Part shown: positions 26,736 through 36,595 of the stretch, piece by piece
How positions within the stretch are numbered: position 1 is the first letter of the stretch
How the letters are laid out: every line of letters starts with the position of its first letter
Source: a virus
Lineage: Duplodnaviria > Caudoviricetes
IMG/VR virus record: IMGVR_UViG_3300010149_000008
Strand: one strand, 5' to 3'
Length of the DNA stretch: 64,000 nucleotides
Notes under the pieces: generated by a model
Database searches by the model: none
What the model saw: the letters and a program-made list of their open reading frames with translations, nothing else
Told to the model about the DNA's origin: nothing
Position numbers and translations under genes: made by a program

Positions 26736-28040
26736 ATGAAAAAAGAAACAACTTCTAATGGAATTAGTAGATCAATAAATGTTTCCCAATCAGATATTGA
26801 TAACTTTAAACTACAAAGTCATCTAGTAGACCTACTTTGGGACGAACCTTTTTATAGTAGAATTTTAAGAAGCTTAAATAAAATTGAAACTGAAGAGATA
26901 CCAACTGCAGGAGTTCTTTGTAAAGACGGCGAAATTACAATGTGGTGGAATAGAAGATTTCTTGCTTCACTTCCAAAAAACAAAGTTAAAGGTTTAATTA
27001 AACATGAGTGTCTTCATCTAGCTTTTAAGCATACAACTGATAGAAGAAATTCTCCTCATATTATTTGGAACTATGCAACTGATTTAGCTATTAATTCAAT
27101 TATACCCTATGATGAGTTACCTAAAGGTGGTTTAGTTCCTGGATATCATTTAGAGCCTTTAACAAATGATGATATGGAAAATATGACAAAAGAAAACATT
27201 GACATGTTTAATGTTCTTTCAAGTCTTATTGCATCTTTTCCTCAAAACAAAACTTCTGAATATTACTTTGAAAAACTCATGCAAAATGAAACAATCAAAG
27301 AACATGCAGAAAAATCAAGTAGTTTCTTATCAGATGGCTTTCCTGATGTTGGCTTTGATGACCATGAAGGTTGGGATGAGATGAGTGCTGAAGCACGAGA
27401 AATGATGAAAGAAAAGTTAGGAGAAATATTAAAGTCTGCCGTAGAAGAATCAAATCAAAAAGGATGGGGTTCAATATCTTCTCAAGTCGCAATTACTCTA
27501 AACAAAATGATATCAAAGACAATTAAATGGGAAGATGTTTTAAAAAGATTTTGTGGTTTTACGAGAAGAGACGATAGACAATCATCGACTAAGAGGCTTA
27601 ACAGAAAATATCCTGCAATACATCCAGGATCAAAAAAAATATACAAACCTAGAATTGCTGTATATGTTGATGAAAGTGGTTCAATGCCAGCATCAATACT
27701 TGAAAATTTCTATGGAGAGCTAAATAGTTTAAGCTCTAGAACAGACTTTTATATGTATAAGTTTGATGCTGTAGTAGATGACAAGTCAGGTTTTCTTTGG
27801 AAAAAAGGTAAAAGACTTAAGATAGAAAGGACAATGCACGGAGGCACAAGCTTTCAATCTGTAACTAAACATGCAATCAAAAACAAAAAGAACTTTGACG
27901 GCTATATAATCTTTACAGATGGTTGTGCACCTAAACCTTCACCTTCCCATGGCTTAAAGAGATGTTGGCTCTTGATGCCTAATTGTGAACTAAGTTTTAA
28001 AAAAAATAATTCAGATATTTTAATTCAAATGAAAAGTTAA
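26736..28040 (+). CDS. HExxH metallopeptidase + vWA domain protein (DUF2201-like)
   Basis: KHECLH, WNYATDLAIN, VYVDESGSM, GGTSF, FTDG. Confidence 0.85.
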   Translation: MKKETTSNGISRSINVSQSDIDNFKLQSHLVDLLWDEPFYSRILRSLNKIETEEIPTAGVLCKDGEITMWWNRRFLASLPKNKVKGLIKHECLHLAFKHTTDRRNSPHIIWNYATDLAINSIIPYDELPKGGLVPGYHLEPLTNDDMENMTKENIDMFNVLSSLIASFPQNKTSEYYFEKLMQNETIKEHAEKSSSFLSDGFPDVGFDDHEGWDEMSAEAREMMKEKLGEILKSAVEESNQKGWGSISSQVAITLNKMISKTIKWEDVLKRFCGFTRRDDRQSSTKRLNRKYPAIHPGSKKIYKPRIAVYVDESGSMPASILENFYGELNSLSSRTDFYMYKFDAVVDDKSGFLWKKGKRLKIERTMHGGTSFQSVTKHAIKNKKNFDGYIIFTDGCAPKPSPSHGLKRCWLLMPNCELSFKKNNSDILIQMKS

Positions 28041-28052
28041 CAAAGGATAGAT

Positions 28053-28217
28053 ATGTTATACCATTATAACGGCGAAACTTTTAAAATTAAACAGGAAAAC
28101 AATAAGAATAAATTATATCATAAAGCTGTTAATAAATGGTCGTCTGGTTGGACGTACATTGGCAACTTTAAATCACATGATCTGGCTCAAGCTGCAGCTA
28201 GAAAATATACTTTCTAA
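28053..28217 (+). CDS. Small hypothetical protein (54 aa, not in ORF track)
   Basis: AGGA RBS; MLYHYNGETF...KWSSGWTYIG...ARKYTF. Confidence 0.6.
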   Translation: MLYHYNGETFKIKQENNKNKLYHKAVNKWSSGWTYIGNFKSHDLAQAAARKYTF

Positions 28218-28225
28218 GAGGAAAA

Positions 28226-28453
28226 ATGAGAAAAGAAAGATTTAAGATTACAATTAGATATCACGGACTAAGAGACTACGATGTGGAAAAAGTAAACTAT
28301 GTTTTTGATGCGTCTTCACCTAAAGACGCTATTAGAAGAGTAAGCAAAGTGTATAAAAGAATTGAAGACTCTGGCGGAAGGCTTTCATATTATGCAAAGC
28401 AATTTCTAGAAGCTGTAGCAATTTCAGCAGAAACTGACCTACTTAACCCTTAA
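28226..28453 (+). CDS. Hypothetical protein
   Basis: GAGG RBS; co-oriented. Confidence 0.7.
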   Translation: MRKERFKITIRYHGLRDYDVEKVNYVFDASSPKDAIRRVSKVYKRIEDSGGRLSYYAKQFLEAVAISAETDLLNP

Positions 28454-28467
28454 AAAAAAGCAGATTA

Positions 28468-29778
28468 ATGTATAGAAAAATTATTTATGAATTTCTAAAC
28501 AATATGAAACAGACAACTTCTACAAACGATAAAGTAGAAGTTATGATGCATTCTGAAAAGTCTGTTTTAAAAACTCTATATTATACTTACAACACATTCA
28601 TACAATTCGGTATTACAGAAAAGGTTCTAGAAAAAAGAAAAGATCTATGCAATATAAATTCTGAATTTAAAGAAGACAAAGGAATGTTTAGTTTACTTGA
28701 TTCTTTAAATCACAGAATGTTAACAGGTCATAATGCAATAAAAGAAGCGAACGGATTTCTCTACAACAATCCAGACTTAAAGGAAATATTTTATCTTATA
28801 TTAGGTAGAAATCTAAAATTGCGAGTTTCTGTAAAACTTATTAACAAAGCATGTCCTAACTTAATACCTACGTTTAATGTAGCACTTGCTAACAAGTACG
28901 ATGAAAAAACAAAAAAGAAAGTAGACTTGCAGAAAGATGTTTGGTATGTATCAAGAAAACTCGATGGTGTTCGCTGCCTTGTTGTGGTGGACGAAAAAGG
29001 AAAAGCTAAATCATTCTCCAGAGCAGGAAAACAATTTCATACGTTATCCTTGGTAGAAAAAGAAATAGAAAGTTTAGGCTTTAAAAATGTAGTATACGAC
29101 GGAGAAATGTGCATTGTAGACAATGATGATAACGAAGATTTTCAAAGTGTAATGAAAGAAATAAAAAGAAAAAACCACACAATTAAAAACGGTTTGTTTC
29201 AAGTATTTGACTATATACCCTACAGAATATTTAGCAAAGGCCACGGTGAAGTTGGTACTTTTTCTCAAAGAATAAACACTCTTAACAATATTATTTATAA
29301 TACAGACGTAGAGTTAAAGCACGTTAAACTTTTACAACAAACGCCAATAAACAATTGGAGCGAATTTAATGTATTAAACAGCAAGGCATCTGATTTTGGC
29401 TGGGAAGGTCTCATGTTAAGAAAAAACAGCTTCTATAAAGGAAAAAGATCTAATGACATTTTAAAAGTTAAAACTTTTTTTGATAGCGAGTATAAGGTTG
29501 AAGGATTGAATTTTGGACCTTTTAGATACATTAAAGAAGGAAAAGAAGTTGAAGAGGAAATGCTTACTGCAGTAACAATAAAGCATAAAGAAAATACTGT
29601 TAATGTAGGAAGCGGATTTACTATAGAGCAAAGACAAAGATTTTATAGTAATCCTGCAGAGATAAAAGGAAAAGTTATAACTGTACAATATTTTGAAGAA
29701 TCTCAAAATCAAAACGGCGAGTACTCACTAAGATTTCCTGTCATAAAGGCTATACATGGAGATAAAAGAGAAATTTAG
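28468..29778 (+). CDS. ATP-dependent DNA ligase
   Basis: SRKLDGVR, YDGEM, WEGLMLR, LKVKTF, VGSGF, SLRFP. Confidence 0.93.
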   Translation: MYRKIIYEFLNNMKQTTSTNDKVEVMMHSEKSVLKTLYYTYNTFIQFGITEKVLEKRKDLCNINSEFKEDKGMFSLLDSLNHRMLTGHNAIKEANGFLYNNPDLKEIFYLILGRNLKLRVSVKLINKACPNLIPTFNVALANKYDEKTKKKVDLQKDVWYVSRKLDGVRCLVVVDEKGKAKSFSRAGKQFHTLSLVEKEIESLGFKNVVYDGEMCIVDNDDNEDFQSVMKEIKRKNHTIKNGLFQVFDYIPYRIFSKGHGEVGTFSQRINTLNNIIYNTDVELKHVKLLQQTPINNWSEFNVLNSKASDFGWEGLMLRKNSFYKGKRSNDILKVKTFFDSEYKVEGLNFGPFRYIKEGKEVEEEMLTAVTIKHKENTVNVGSGFTIEQRQRFYSNPAEIKGKVITVQYFEESQNQNGEYSLRFPVIKAIHGDKREI

Positions 29779-29944
29779 CATAGGTGACTTAATAAAGTTT
29801 CCTTACGGCTTTGACATTAGAAAGAAAACTTACTACTTAGGAATAATAGTAGGAAAAAAAGTTACCAACAATATAGTTACTTATAAGTGTTTTACTAATA
29901 ATAGCTTTGAATATGTTCAAGAAGCTGTTATTATAAACGTATAA
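29756..29944 (+). CDS. Hypothetical protein
   Basis: FSIGDLIKF small-phage-protein pattern. Confidence 0.6.
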   Translation: MEIKEKFSIGDLIKFPYGFDIRKKTYYLGIIVGKKVTNNIVTYKCFTNNSFEYVQEAVIINV

Positions 29945-29976
29945 AACACTAGAAATAAAGCATATTGTTATATTAT

Positions 29977-30001
29977 AAAAACCAGCTAAAAGCTGGTTTT
30001 T
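29977..30001 (+). terminator. Intrinsic terminator, possibly bidirectional
   Basis: AAAAACCAGC-TAAAA-GCTGGTTTTT followed by more T. Confidence 0.8.
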
Positions 30002-30115
30002 TTGTGTTTGAAAAAAGTATTGTAGTTTTGACGAAGCAGCGTATGTACACCGCAAGTCACAATTAGATTTATAAAAAATAGAATATATTTATAGTATAGA
30101 TACATAGGAGATATC

Positions 30116-30943
30116 ATGAAACTTATATTATTATTAATTTTTTCGTCTTTACTTTTAAATTGTTCTGACGAATTGTCAAATTATCAAGGTTACGAAAATG
30201 ACTTTAGGAGTAAGTCATACTTCGAAGTTAAATATGTTGGTGCTACTTGTGATTCGCAATGTATCTATTCAAGTTACGCTGTAACTTATAATTTGCAAGA
30301 AAAACAGTTTGACTGTGTTGAAGGACCTTGTGCTTGTGTAAAAGAAGGTGATGCACATACTTTATGTAGTGATAAGCCGTTAGCTGAAGATTTGTGGTCG
30401 CAACAAGAAAGCATACAACCACATAATAATCAAGTAATAGAAATACCTTATTATAATCAATATGACAACGCTAACTACCCGCATTCAACATGTCAAAATA
30501 CTAGTATTGCAATGGTATTAAGCTACTTTCAATATAACATTCAACCAGATGAGATATTTTATAGGTGGGGTAAAGATATTGCACAGTCGCCTTCCGGATT
30601 AAATCAAGTATATACAAGCTATTCTGCAAACAGTGAAATTAATACTTATACTAATGCTACTCCTGAAGACTTGCGATCTGCGTTAGATAAAGGTTACATT
30701 GCAATTGTTCACGGATATTTTACATCATCAGGACATGTAATTGTCGTTAGGGGCTATGATAAGCAGCATTACTACGTTAATGATCCTGCAGGCAAATGGG
30801 ATGGTTGCTTTAAATGTGGATACACTACAGGCAATTACAATGGTATTACTAAATACTCAAAAATATCATTTGAAAACGCAGTATTCACTTCAAATGGCAG
30901 CTCTTATTTACCCGGTTGGATCCATCTTATAAAAGGTAGTTAA
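30116..30943 (+). CDS. Lipoprotein with C39-like cysteine peptidase domain
   Basis: Lipobox-like LLLNC; IPYYNQ, TCQNTSIAMVL, GHVIVVRGYD, VNDP. Confidence 0.8.
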   Translation: MKLILLLIFSSLLLNCSDELSNYQGYENDFRSKSYFEVKYVGATCDSQCIYSSYAVTYNLQEKQFDCVEGPCACVKEGDAHTLCSDKPLAEDLWSQQESIQPHNNQVIEIPYYNQYDNANYPHSTCQNTSIAMVLSYFQYNIQPDEIFYRWGKDIAQSPSGLNQVYTSYSANSEINTYTNATPEDLRSALDKGYIAIVHGYFTSSGHVIVVRGYDKQHYYVNDPAGKWDGCFKCGYTTGNYNGITKYSKISFENAVFTSNGSSYLPGWIHLIKGS

Positions 30944-30944
30944 A

Positions 30945-31619
30945 ATGAAGATTTTATTTAATGTCTGTTTAATTTTTATTATGTTCATGATTAATTTATC
31001 ATACGGTCAAAGTTATGAATGCGACAATAATTTTGGTGATTGTGGAACACCAAATCAAAGTGGTGGAGGAGGTGGAGGTGGATCGATACTAATTGCAAAT
31101 ACTGATTTAGGCGACACCTACCAGCATGCTGACGACTATGATGATGACGGTATTGAAGATCCTTCTGACAATTGTCCTAGGATTATGAATCCTGATCAGC
31201 TTGATCGAGACGGTGATGGAGTAGGTGATAGCTGTGATAATTGTCTTTCTATATGGAATAAAAAGCAAGAAAACACAGATGGCGATGACAAAGGAGACTT
31301 TTGCGACGAAGACATTGATAACGACAGCATATTAAACTATTATGACGAATGTCCTTATCACTGGGGTAACGATACATGTTTCGCATTAAATGTTTTAGAA
31401 AATTTTAATAACAATAGTGATTACGAAGATGAACACGCTGAAATAGGAAATACAAAAAGTTTTAAAGAAAATGACATGTTTATCAAAGCAAGTGATAAAC
31501 ATGTCAAATTAAATCAAAGCTGTAATTCATCGAGATATCCAGATTTTTTCAATGTTTTTGCTTTAATCTCTATAATAATGCTAGTTATTAAAAAGAAATG
31601 TAATGAACGAAAAATTTAA
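30945..31619 (+). CDS. Secreted thrombospondin type-3 repeat protein with C-terminal membrane anchor
   Basis: Signal peptide; DDDGIEDPSDNCP, DRDGDGVGDSCDNC; SC...ALISIIMLVIKKK tail. Confidence 0.8.
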   Translation: MKILFNVCLIFIMFMINLSYGQSYECDNNFGDCGTPNQSGGGGGGGSILIANTDLGDTYQHADDYDDDGIEDPSDNCPRIMNPDQLDRDGDGVGDSCDNCLSIWNKKQENTDGDDKGDFCDEDIDNDSILNYYDECPYHWGNDTCFALNVLENFNNNSDYEDEHAEIGNTKSFKENDMFIKASDKHVKLNQSCNSSRYPDFFNVFALISIIMLVIKKKCNERKI

Positions 31620-31953
31620 TGTAGGTGACTTTGTCTATGTTAAGTCTTACTATATTAAAAACAATTTTAGTAAGCATGAGATACTTTATCTTAATAAAAG
31701 TTATGCGCTGATAAAAAACAAAAAAAATGGTGAACTTTATAAAAAAGTTGCAATAAAGGATATCACAAAAAGTAAAGAAACAGCAGTAATAACTGAAGAT
31801 ATTGTAAAAGGTGATCTTGTAAAATGCATTGTTGACAACAGCAGAATAGAACAAGGTATCGTAATTGATGCATATGAAAACTTTGTTCTTGTACTTATAT
31901 CAACTAAAAAAAAGAAAGTTTCTAAAAACAGAGTTATTGTTGTTAATAATTAA
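31603..31953 (+). CDS. Hypothetical protein
   Basis: Co-oriented ORF. Confidence 0.65.
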   Translation: MNEKFNVGDFVYVKSYYIKNNFSKHEILYLNKSYALIKNKKNGELYKKVAIKDITKSKETAVITEDIVKGDLVKCIVDNSRIEQGIVIDAYENFVLVLISTKKKKVSKNRVIVVNN

Positions 31954-32029
31954 CCCAATTCTAAGTACTTAATCTGTATAGTAAAATATACATGCAATAG
32001 CTGCGGCTTGACGAAGCAGAAGGTATACT

Positions 32030-32239
32030 GTGAAAGTAAGAAACAAGTTAACAGGTAAAATTGGTATAATAAAAGACTGGAATAAAAGTTTAAACGGTAA
32101 AGTCTGTATTGTTGTTTATGAAATAAACATATCATACAACAAAAAGTATGACATATGTAAAGTATTAATTGACAATAAAATACACACGGTTCCAAAACAC
32201 TTTATAAAAATTTGTACAAGTTTGAGCGCTGACTTATAA
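32030..32239 (+). CDS. Hypothetical protein
   Basis: GTG start; co-oriented. Confidence 0.55.
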   Translation: MKVRNKLTGKIGIIKDWNKSLNGKVCIVVYEINISYNKKYDICKVLIDNKIHTVPKHFIKICTSLSADL

Positions 32240-32411
32240 TTACACATTAATATTTAAAAAGAAAGAGTGAACGAGCAATGAAAAATAAAAAAGAAGATAA
32301 AGATTTAAAAACAGTACTAATAATATCGTTTTCATATTTTGCATGTTTTTTAATACCTGCAATTACAAATTGTATCCAGTAATAAGAAAAGTTTCTATCA
32401 AACCATACTAA

Positions 32412-32434
32412 AAAACCAGCTTAAAGCTGGTTTT
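32412..32434. terminator. Bidirectional terminator between convergent gene blocks
   Basis: AAAACCAGC-TTAAA-GCTGGTTTT; near-copy of 29977. Confidence 0.8.
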
Positions 32435-32481
32435 GTTTTATAGATTATTTGTTAATGTTACTGCGGAATACTTATACTGAA

Positions 32482-32856
32482 TTAAAAGTTAATATCAAAT
32501 CCTGACTTACTTTTTTGCAAAGGAAGAATTATAGTCAATACTCCCTTTTCTAATGAAGCTTTAACTTCTTTTTTTTCTATGTTTTCACCTACGTAAATTT
32601 TATGATTTAAGTTTGAAACAAATTGAGAATTACTTTCCTTGCTTTTACTTGTCACACTAAGATGTTTGTCTTTAAAAGTCATTTGAATTTCGTTTTGAGA
32701 AAGTCCCATAGCTTCAGCAGCAAATACAACTTTATCTTTTTCGTTTTTAATACTATAGCTAGAACTTGATGCTAACCCATGCTTTAACATAACTACGTCT
32801 CTTTTTAATAGCGGCGAGCTCGCTTCAAGTATTTCTTCGATAAAAGATCTGTTCAT
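32482..32856 (-). CDS. Small heat-shock protein (Hsp20)
   Basis: VKASLEKGVLTIILP. Confidence 0.85.
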   Translation of the reverse strand: MNRSFIEEILEASSPLLKRDVVMLKHGLASSSSYSIKNEKDKVVFAAEAMGLSQNEIQMTFKDKHLSVTSKSKESNSQFVSNLNHKIYVGENIEKKEVKASLEKGVLTIILPLQKSKSGFDINF

Positions 32857-32932
32857 TTATAAATTACCTTTCTAGTTTGTTTTTGTTAGTGTGTATAATA
32901 TAAACACCAAAATTTAAATTGTAACCCTTTTA

Positions 32933-33172
32933 CTAAAATAAAATATTTTTATAGTAACTTTCAATTAATGTTTTAACTGGTATCGATCTAATTTTACCTC
33001 CCCAGCTATTTACTAAAGTTTCTAGTTCTCTCATAGGCATCGTGTTTTTTTCAAGTAAAGAATAAACTTCTTCTTCATAGCTAGATATGTTTTCAAATAT
33101 ATAAATTATACTTGAATTTCCAATGTCTGTAATCTCTTTGTTTTCGTTAATAGTAATAATAAACTTTTTCAT
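32933..33172 (-). CDS. Hypothetical protein
   Basis: Co-oriented ORF. Confidence 0.65.
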   Translation of the reverse strand: MKKFIITINENKEITDIGNSSIIYIFENISSYEEEVYSLLEKNTMPMRELETLVNSWGGKIRSIPVKTLIESYYKNILF

Positions 33173-33202
33173 AACATAACCTCCTATATTAATAGGTAGG
33201 CA

Positions 33203-33457
33203 TTAATTTAAAAATTCTATACTGTTGTAACTTTTTAACCTCAATAAAACAATTTTGTCTTGAACAAGTATGTCCATAAAAATATTGTTACTACTTTCGT
33301 CAATAAAATAGTCTGTGACAAGATAAAAACCTTTGCTTACTTCAACATTTATTGCTGTTACATCTGAAGGTGTAATTACTCCTATAAAGTTTTTATGTAA
33401 ACAAAGAAGCTTGCCTATATATTTCAATTTAATAGTTCTTTGTATATACGTCTGCAA
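33203..33457 (-). CDS. Hypothetical protein
   Basis: Co-oriented ORF. Confidence 0.55.
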   Translation of the reverse strand: MQTYIQRTIKLKYIGKLLCLHKNFIGVITPSDVTAINVEVSKGFYLVTDYFIDESSNNIFMDILVQDKIVLLRLKSYNSIEFLN

Positions 33458-33902
33458 TACCTGAAGCTACAAAAGAATCTGGTTTTACTTTGCACACAAA
33501 TCCACAACCTGTAATGTAACCTTTTATCATGCTTTCGTATCTAGAAGAATTGTGCTGTTTATTAGTATTAATATCAGCATGTATTTCTATGTTTGCACAA
33601 TTAATTTTTTTTCTGATTTTAAAAGCAATGTCTATAGAATCAGTTGTTTCTTTAAGTAGTCTTTTTGATAAATCATAATACGAATCGTCAGAAACTTTTC
33701 TCTTAGTATAAAAAAATCTTCTATCATAAAAGCTGTTGTCATTTATTACGCATATTGCGTTTGCAAAAACAAATTTTCCTCCGAGCTTAACACTATCAGT
33801 ACCTACAATAATTTTATGATTTTTGTTTTTTACAACTTTTTTTAATATTTGTATTACTTCTGTTTGAGTAAATATTTGTTTTTTGCTGTTTTTCCATTTC
33901 AT
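33429..33902 (-). CDS. RNase H-like protein (YkuK/DUF458-like)
   Basis: IIVGTDS, EIHADIN, KPDSFVAS.IAD. Confidence 0.75.
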   Translation of the reverse strand: MKWKNSKKQIFTQTEVIQILKKVVKNKNHKIIVGTDSVKLGGKFVFANAICVINDNSFYDRRFFYTKRKVSDDSYYDLSKRLLKETTDSIDIAFKIRKKINCANIEIHADINTNKQHNSSRYESMIKGYITGCGFVCKVKPDSFVASGIADVYTKNY

Positions 33903-34181
33903 TTTATCACCTATATGATTGATAATTGACTTCGTTTGTTTTTAAACTAAACTTTAAACAAGTATTACAGCTCGAGCTTTTTGTTTTTATTGATTTCATA
34001 CGTTATATATAACGCTAACATATATGATTTTAATTGTAAAAGCTTATTGTTAAATAAACTGTAATGAAAACAAGCAATATTGAAGCTAAGTATTTACCTA
34101 AAAAAACATAAAAAGGTTCTTTATGATAGTAGTAGTAAAAAAAAGAAAAACATATTGTTAGAAAAAAAGAGTATATTAAAT

Positions 34182-34748
34182 TTACCAATTATCTTTAACC
34201 TTTACTACTGTATAGCCGTGTGGAAATAAAACTTTTCTTTTGTACTCTTCATGAGTAAGACCTGAGCTTTTTATTTCTTCATGCCATTCTTTATACATTT
34301 GATAACCCAACTCAGTCAGCTCTTCTTCAATTGGAATATCTGAGTTTGAAGGATCTACGAAACCATCATTAGGTTTAACCCATTTACCTTTATTACTTTT
34401 ATTCTCGTTCTTGAAAAGCTTTAAGCTTTTTGGTGTTCCTTCTAATAAGGAAGCATTTAAAATAAATTCGCAGCTTACTTCTGTTTTTATTTTTGAGTTT
34501 TTTCTTGTAATAACTTCACATAAACAAAAAAGGTTTTTTCTGCCTTTAACTGATATTAATTTGATCCATGCTTTTTTGTTTCTCTTAAAAGCTTTTATAA
34601 GATCAATTGCGTCTGCTGAAGAAGTTTCACCTTTCTGTATAGAAGTTGTTATGTTGTCCAGAATGTCTGAAAATACTTTTGACTTTAAAGAAACATACAT
34701 CCACTTTTGTTTTACGTCAAAAAACTTTAATTTAATTTTTTCTCTCAT
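34182..34748 (-). CDS. Hypothetical protein
   Basis: Own promoter upstream. Confidence 0.75.
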   Translation of the reverse strand: MREKIKLKFFDVKQKWMYVSLKSKVFSDILDNITTSIQKGETSSADAIDLIKAFKRNKKAWIKLISVKGRKNLFCLCEVITRKNSKIKTEVSCEFILNASLLEGTPKSLKLFKNENKSNKGKWVKPNDGFVDPSNSDIPIEEELTELGYQMYKEWHEEIKSSGLTHEEYKRKVLFPHGYTVVKVKDNW

Positions 34749-34767
34749 GATATTTCCTTTTTTTATT

Positions 34768-34796
34768 ATTATACATTTAAAAAGAAAATATTACAC
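34768..34796 (-). promoter_or_regulatory. Promoter (GTGTAA-N17-TATAAT)
   Basis: Recurrent motif. Confidence 0.75.
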
Positions 34797-34797
34797 G

Positions 34798-35022
34798 CTA
34801 GTCAACATACTCCCATTTAGCTGCTTCAAATCCAAAGTTTTCAAATAAATAGCTTTCGATTTCATCTTCATCTTCATCAAAAAGCTCTATTGATAAAGTC
34901 TTAGGCAAGCCAGCATTTACTCTAGCTTCTTCGTATTGCAAGTAATCAAACTCTGTGTCTTTAAAACACCAAGTAACTTTAATTGTATTTGTTTCTGTAT
35001 TACTTTCTTGAGACATTTTCAA
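34798..35022 (-). CDS. Small acidic protein, similar to the N-terminal module of 63012-63986
   Basis: IKVTWCF...GLP...SYLFENFGF...W vs IQIIWDF...GIP...DALSDEHGW...W. Confidence 0.65.
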   Translation of the reverse strand: MKMSQESNTETNTIKVTWCFKDTEFDYLQYEEARVNAGLPKTLSIELFDEDEDEIESYLFENFGFEAAKWEYVD

Positions 35023-35049
35023 ACCTTTCTGTTTTTTGTCTATATATGT

Positions 35050-35274
35050 CTATGATTTTTGTTTTTTTGCTTTTTTGTCTATTTCGAATTGAATAAACCA
35101 TAAAGCCTTACTCAAATCTTCTTCTGTTTTTTCTTTGTTTTTTTTGCCTGCTCGAGCAATATATTTTATAGCACTTCCTAACTCAAAATTTAAAGACCAT
35201 GCATTTATAACATCAATTACTTCGTGACCAGTATCTTTTAAATAATGTGTAGGATGATCCACGTTTTCTTTCAT
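35050..35274 (-). CDS. DUF3310-like protein
   Basis: VDHPTHY, GSAIKYIARAGKK, EDLSKALWFI. Confidence 0.85.
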   Translation of the reverse strand: MKENVDHPTHYLKDTGHEVIDVINAWSLNFELGSAIKYIARAGKKNKEKTEEDLSKALWFIQFEIDKKAKKQKS

Positions 35275-35311
35275 CTTTTTCCTTTTTAATTTATTATATG
35301 TAAATCTTAAA

Positions 35312-35926
35312 TTAAATTAAGTCTTCTATCTTTTGTATGCCAAAACTTCTTAACTCTTCCGGTTGAACTTCAATATCAATAAACTCTTTTTTAGCTTTAT
35401 GCTCTTTAAAGTCACCACTTTCTAGACCTAACTTATGAGGTACACCTTCTAAATTAGCAATATTTCCGTTAAGTAAATCAGATTGATCAATATAGATTTT
35501 TACATGATGATCGAGTTTAGAACCTTTTGTTCTCAAATGAAATCTTACTTTGTCTTTAGAAGCAGAGCCAAATCTCATCCATGCAATACCTGTGCTGTTA
35601 AAAGTATCTAAAAGATTTGAACATTCCATAAAATTTTCTGAATTTGTATCAGAAGATAATATTTCTTCGTTTAAAGTATTGAGTATGTTAAGCCACACTA
35701 TATTATCTTCTGACACTTTTGTTTTTGCCCATGCTCTTCCTCTGCCTGAAAACATTGCTTTTATACTTGCATTGCTTGTATGACTAATGTTTAGATGACA
35801 ATTGATTGCTTCGTTAAATATTTCGCGAAGTAATGTAAGTTTAATTTCGTGCTGATCTTCTTCAAGCTTAGAAATAATATTATGTACACCAGGAAAAATA
35901 ATTTCTTTGATTAATTGAATGTCCAT
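35312..35926 (-). CDS. Paralog family A member 1
   Basis: FSGRGRAW, GIAWMRF, GSKLDH. Confidence 0.75.
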   Translation of the reverse strand: MDIQLIKEIIFPGVHNIISKLEEDQHEIKLTLLREIFNEAINCHLNISHTSNASIKAMFSGRGRAWAKTKVSEDNIVWLNILNTLNEEILSSDTNSENFMECSNLLDTFNSTGIAWMRFGSASKDKVRFHLRTKGSKLDHHVKIYIDQSDLLNGNIANLEGVPHKLGLESGDFKEHKAKKEFIDIEVQPEELRSFGIQKIEDLI

Positions 35927-35992
35927 TTGTTAATCACCTCCATAGAAATATTATATTTAAAAATTAAACTTTTTACATGCATAAACAACTAA

Positions 35993-36175
35993 TTAATTTT
36001 TTCCAGAAATTAAATTTTCTGCATATTCTTTGTTGCATTTCATACATAGATTATCGCAATTATTACAACCGTAATACTCATGAAAAGCATATTTGCATTC
36101 ATGAAAATAAAAGTCATATTCCTTTTTACACTTATCACACTTAAGATTGTTTTTCATTTTTCTTAACACTTTCAA
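35993..36175 (-). CDS. Small Cys-rich protein
   Basis: CxxC motifs. Confidence 0.5.
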   Translation of the reverse strand: MKVLRKMKNNLKCDKCKKEYDFYFHECKYAFHEYYGCNNCDNLCMKCNKEYAENLISGKN

Positions 36176-36332
36176 TTATGTTTTCTTCTAAATCTAAAAT
36201 TTGAACTTCATCAATGTAAGTTACTATTTCATAGTCGTTGTTTTTAGTTCTAAACAAAGAAGTTATTTGAATGTCTAGGTCTAAGACTAGTTGTGCAAAT
36301 TTTTTTAACTTTAAACTTTCTTTTTCAATCAT
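36141..36332 (-). CDS. Hypothetical protein
   Basis: ATGA overlap. Confidence 0.6.
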   Translation of the reverse strand: MIEKESLKLKKFAQLVLDLDIQITSLFRTKNNDYEIVTYIDEVQILDLEENIIESVKKNEKQS

Positions 36333-36595
36333 CTTTTATTTCTCAATAGCTCTCTAACTTCTTTTTGTGTCTGTGACATTTTGCCAACCATTCTTGCACC
36401 CGGCTTTTCTATTACATTTGATACTTGGCCAGATCTTAAACCACCATTAACTAAACAATAAAAATCAAAATAATCTATCTTAGTCTCTTCATCTCTCCAT
36501 AGATTTACAACCTCACCAAATCCATAGTTTTGATCTGCCCCTTTTAGTGAAACCCATAACATATCGCCTAGTTTAATTTCAGTAGTTTTCGACAT
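36329..36595 (-). CDS. Hypothetical protein
   Basis: Co-oriented ORF. Confidence 0.7.
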   Translation of the reverse strand: MSKTTEIKLGDMLWVSLKGADQNYGFGEVVNLWRDEETKIDYFDFYCLVNGGLRSGQVSNVIEKPGARMVGKMSQTQKEVRELLRNKR

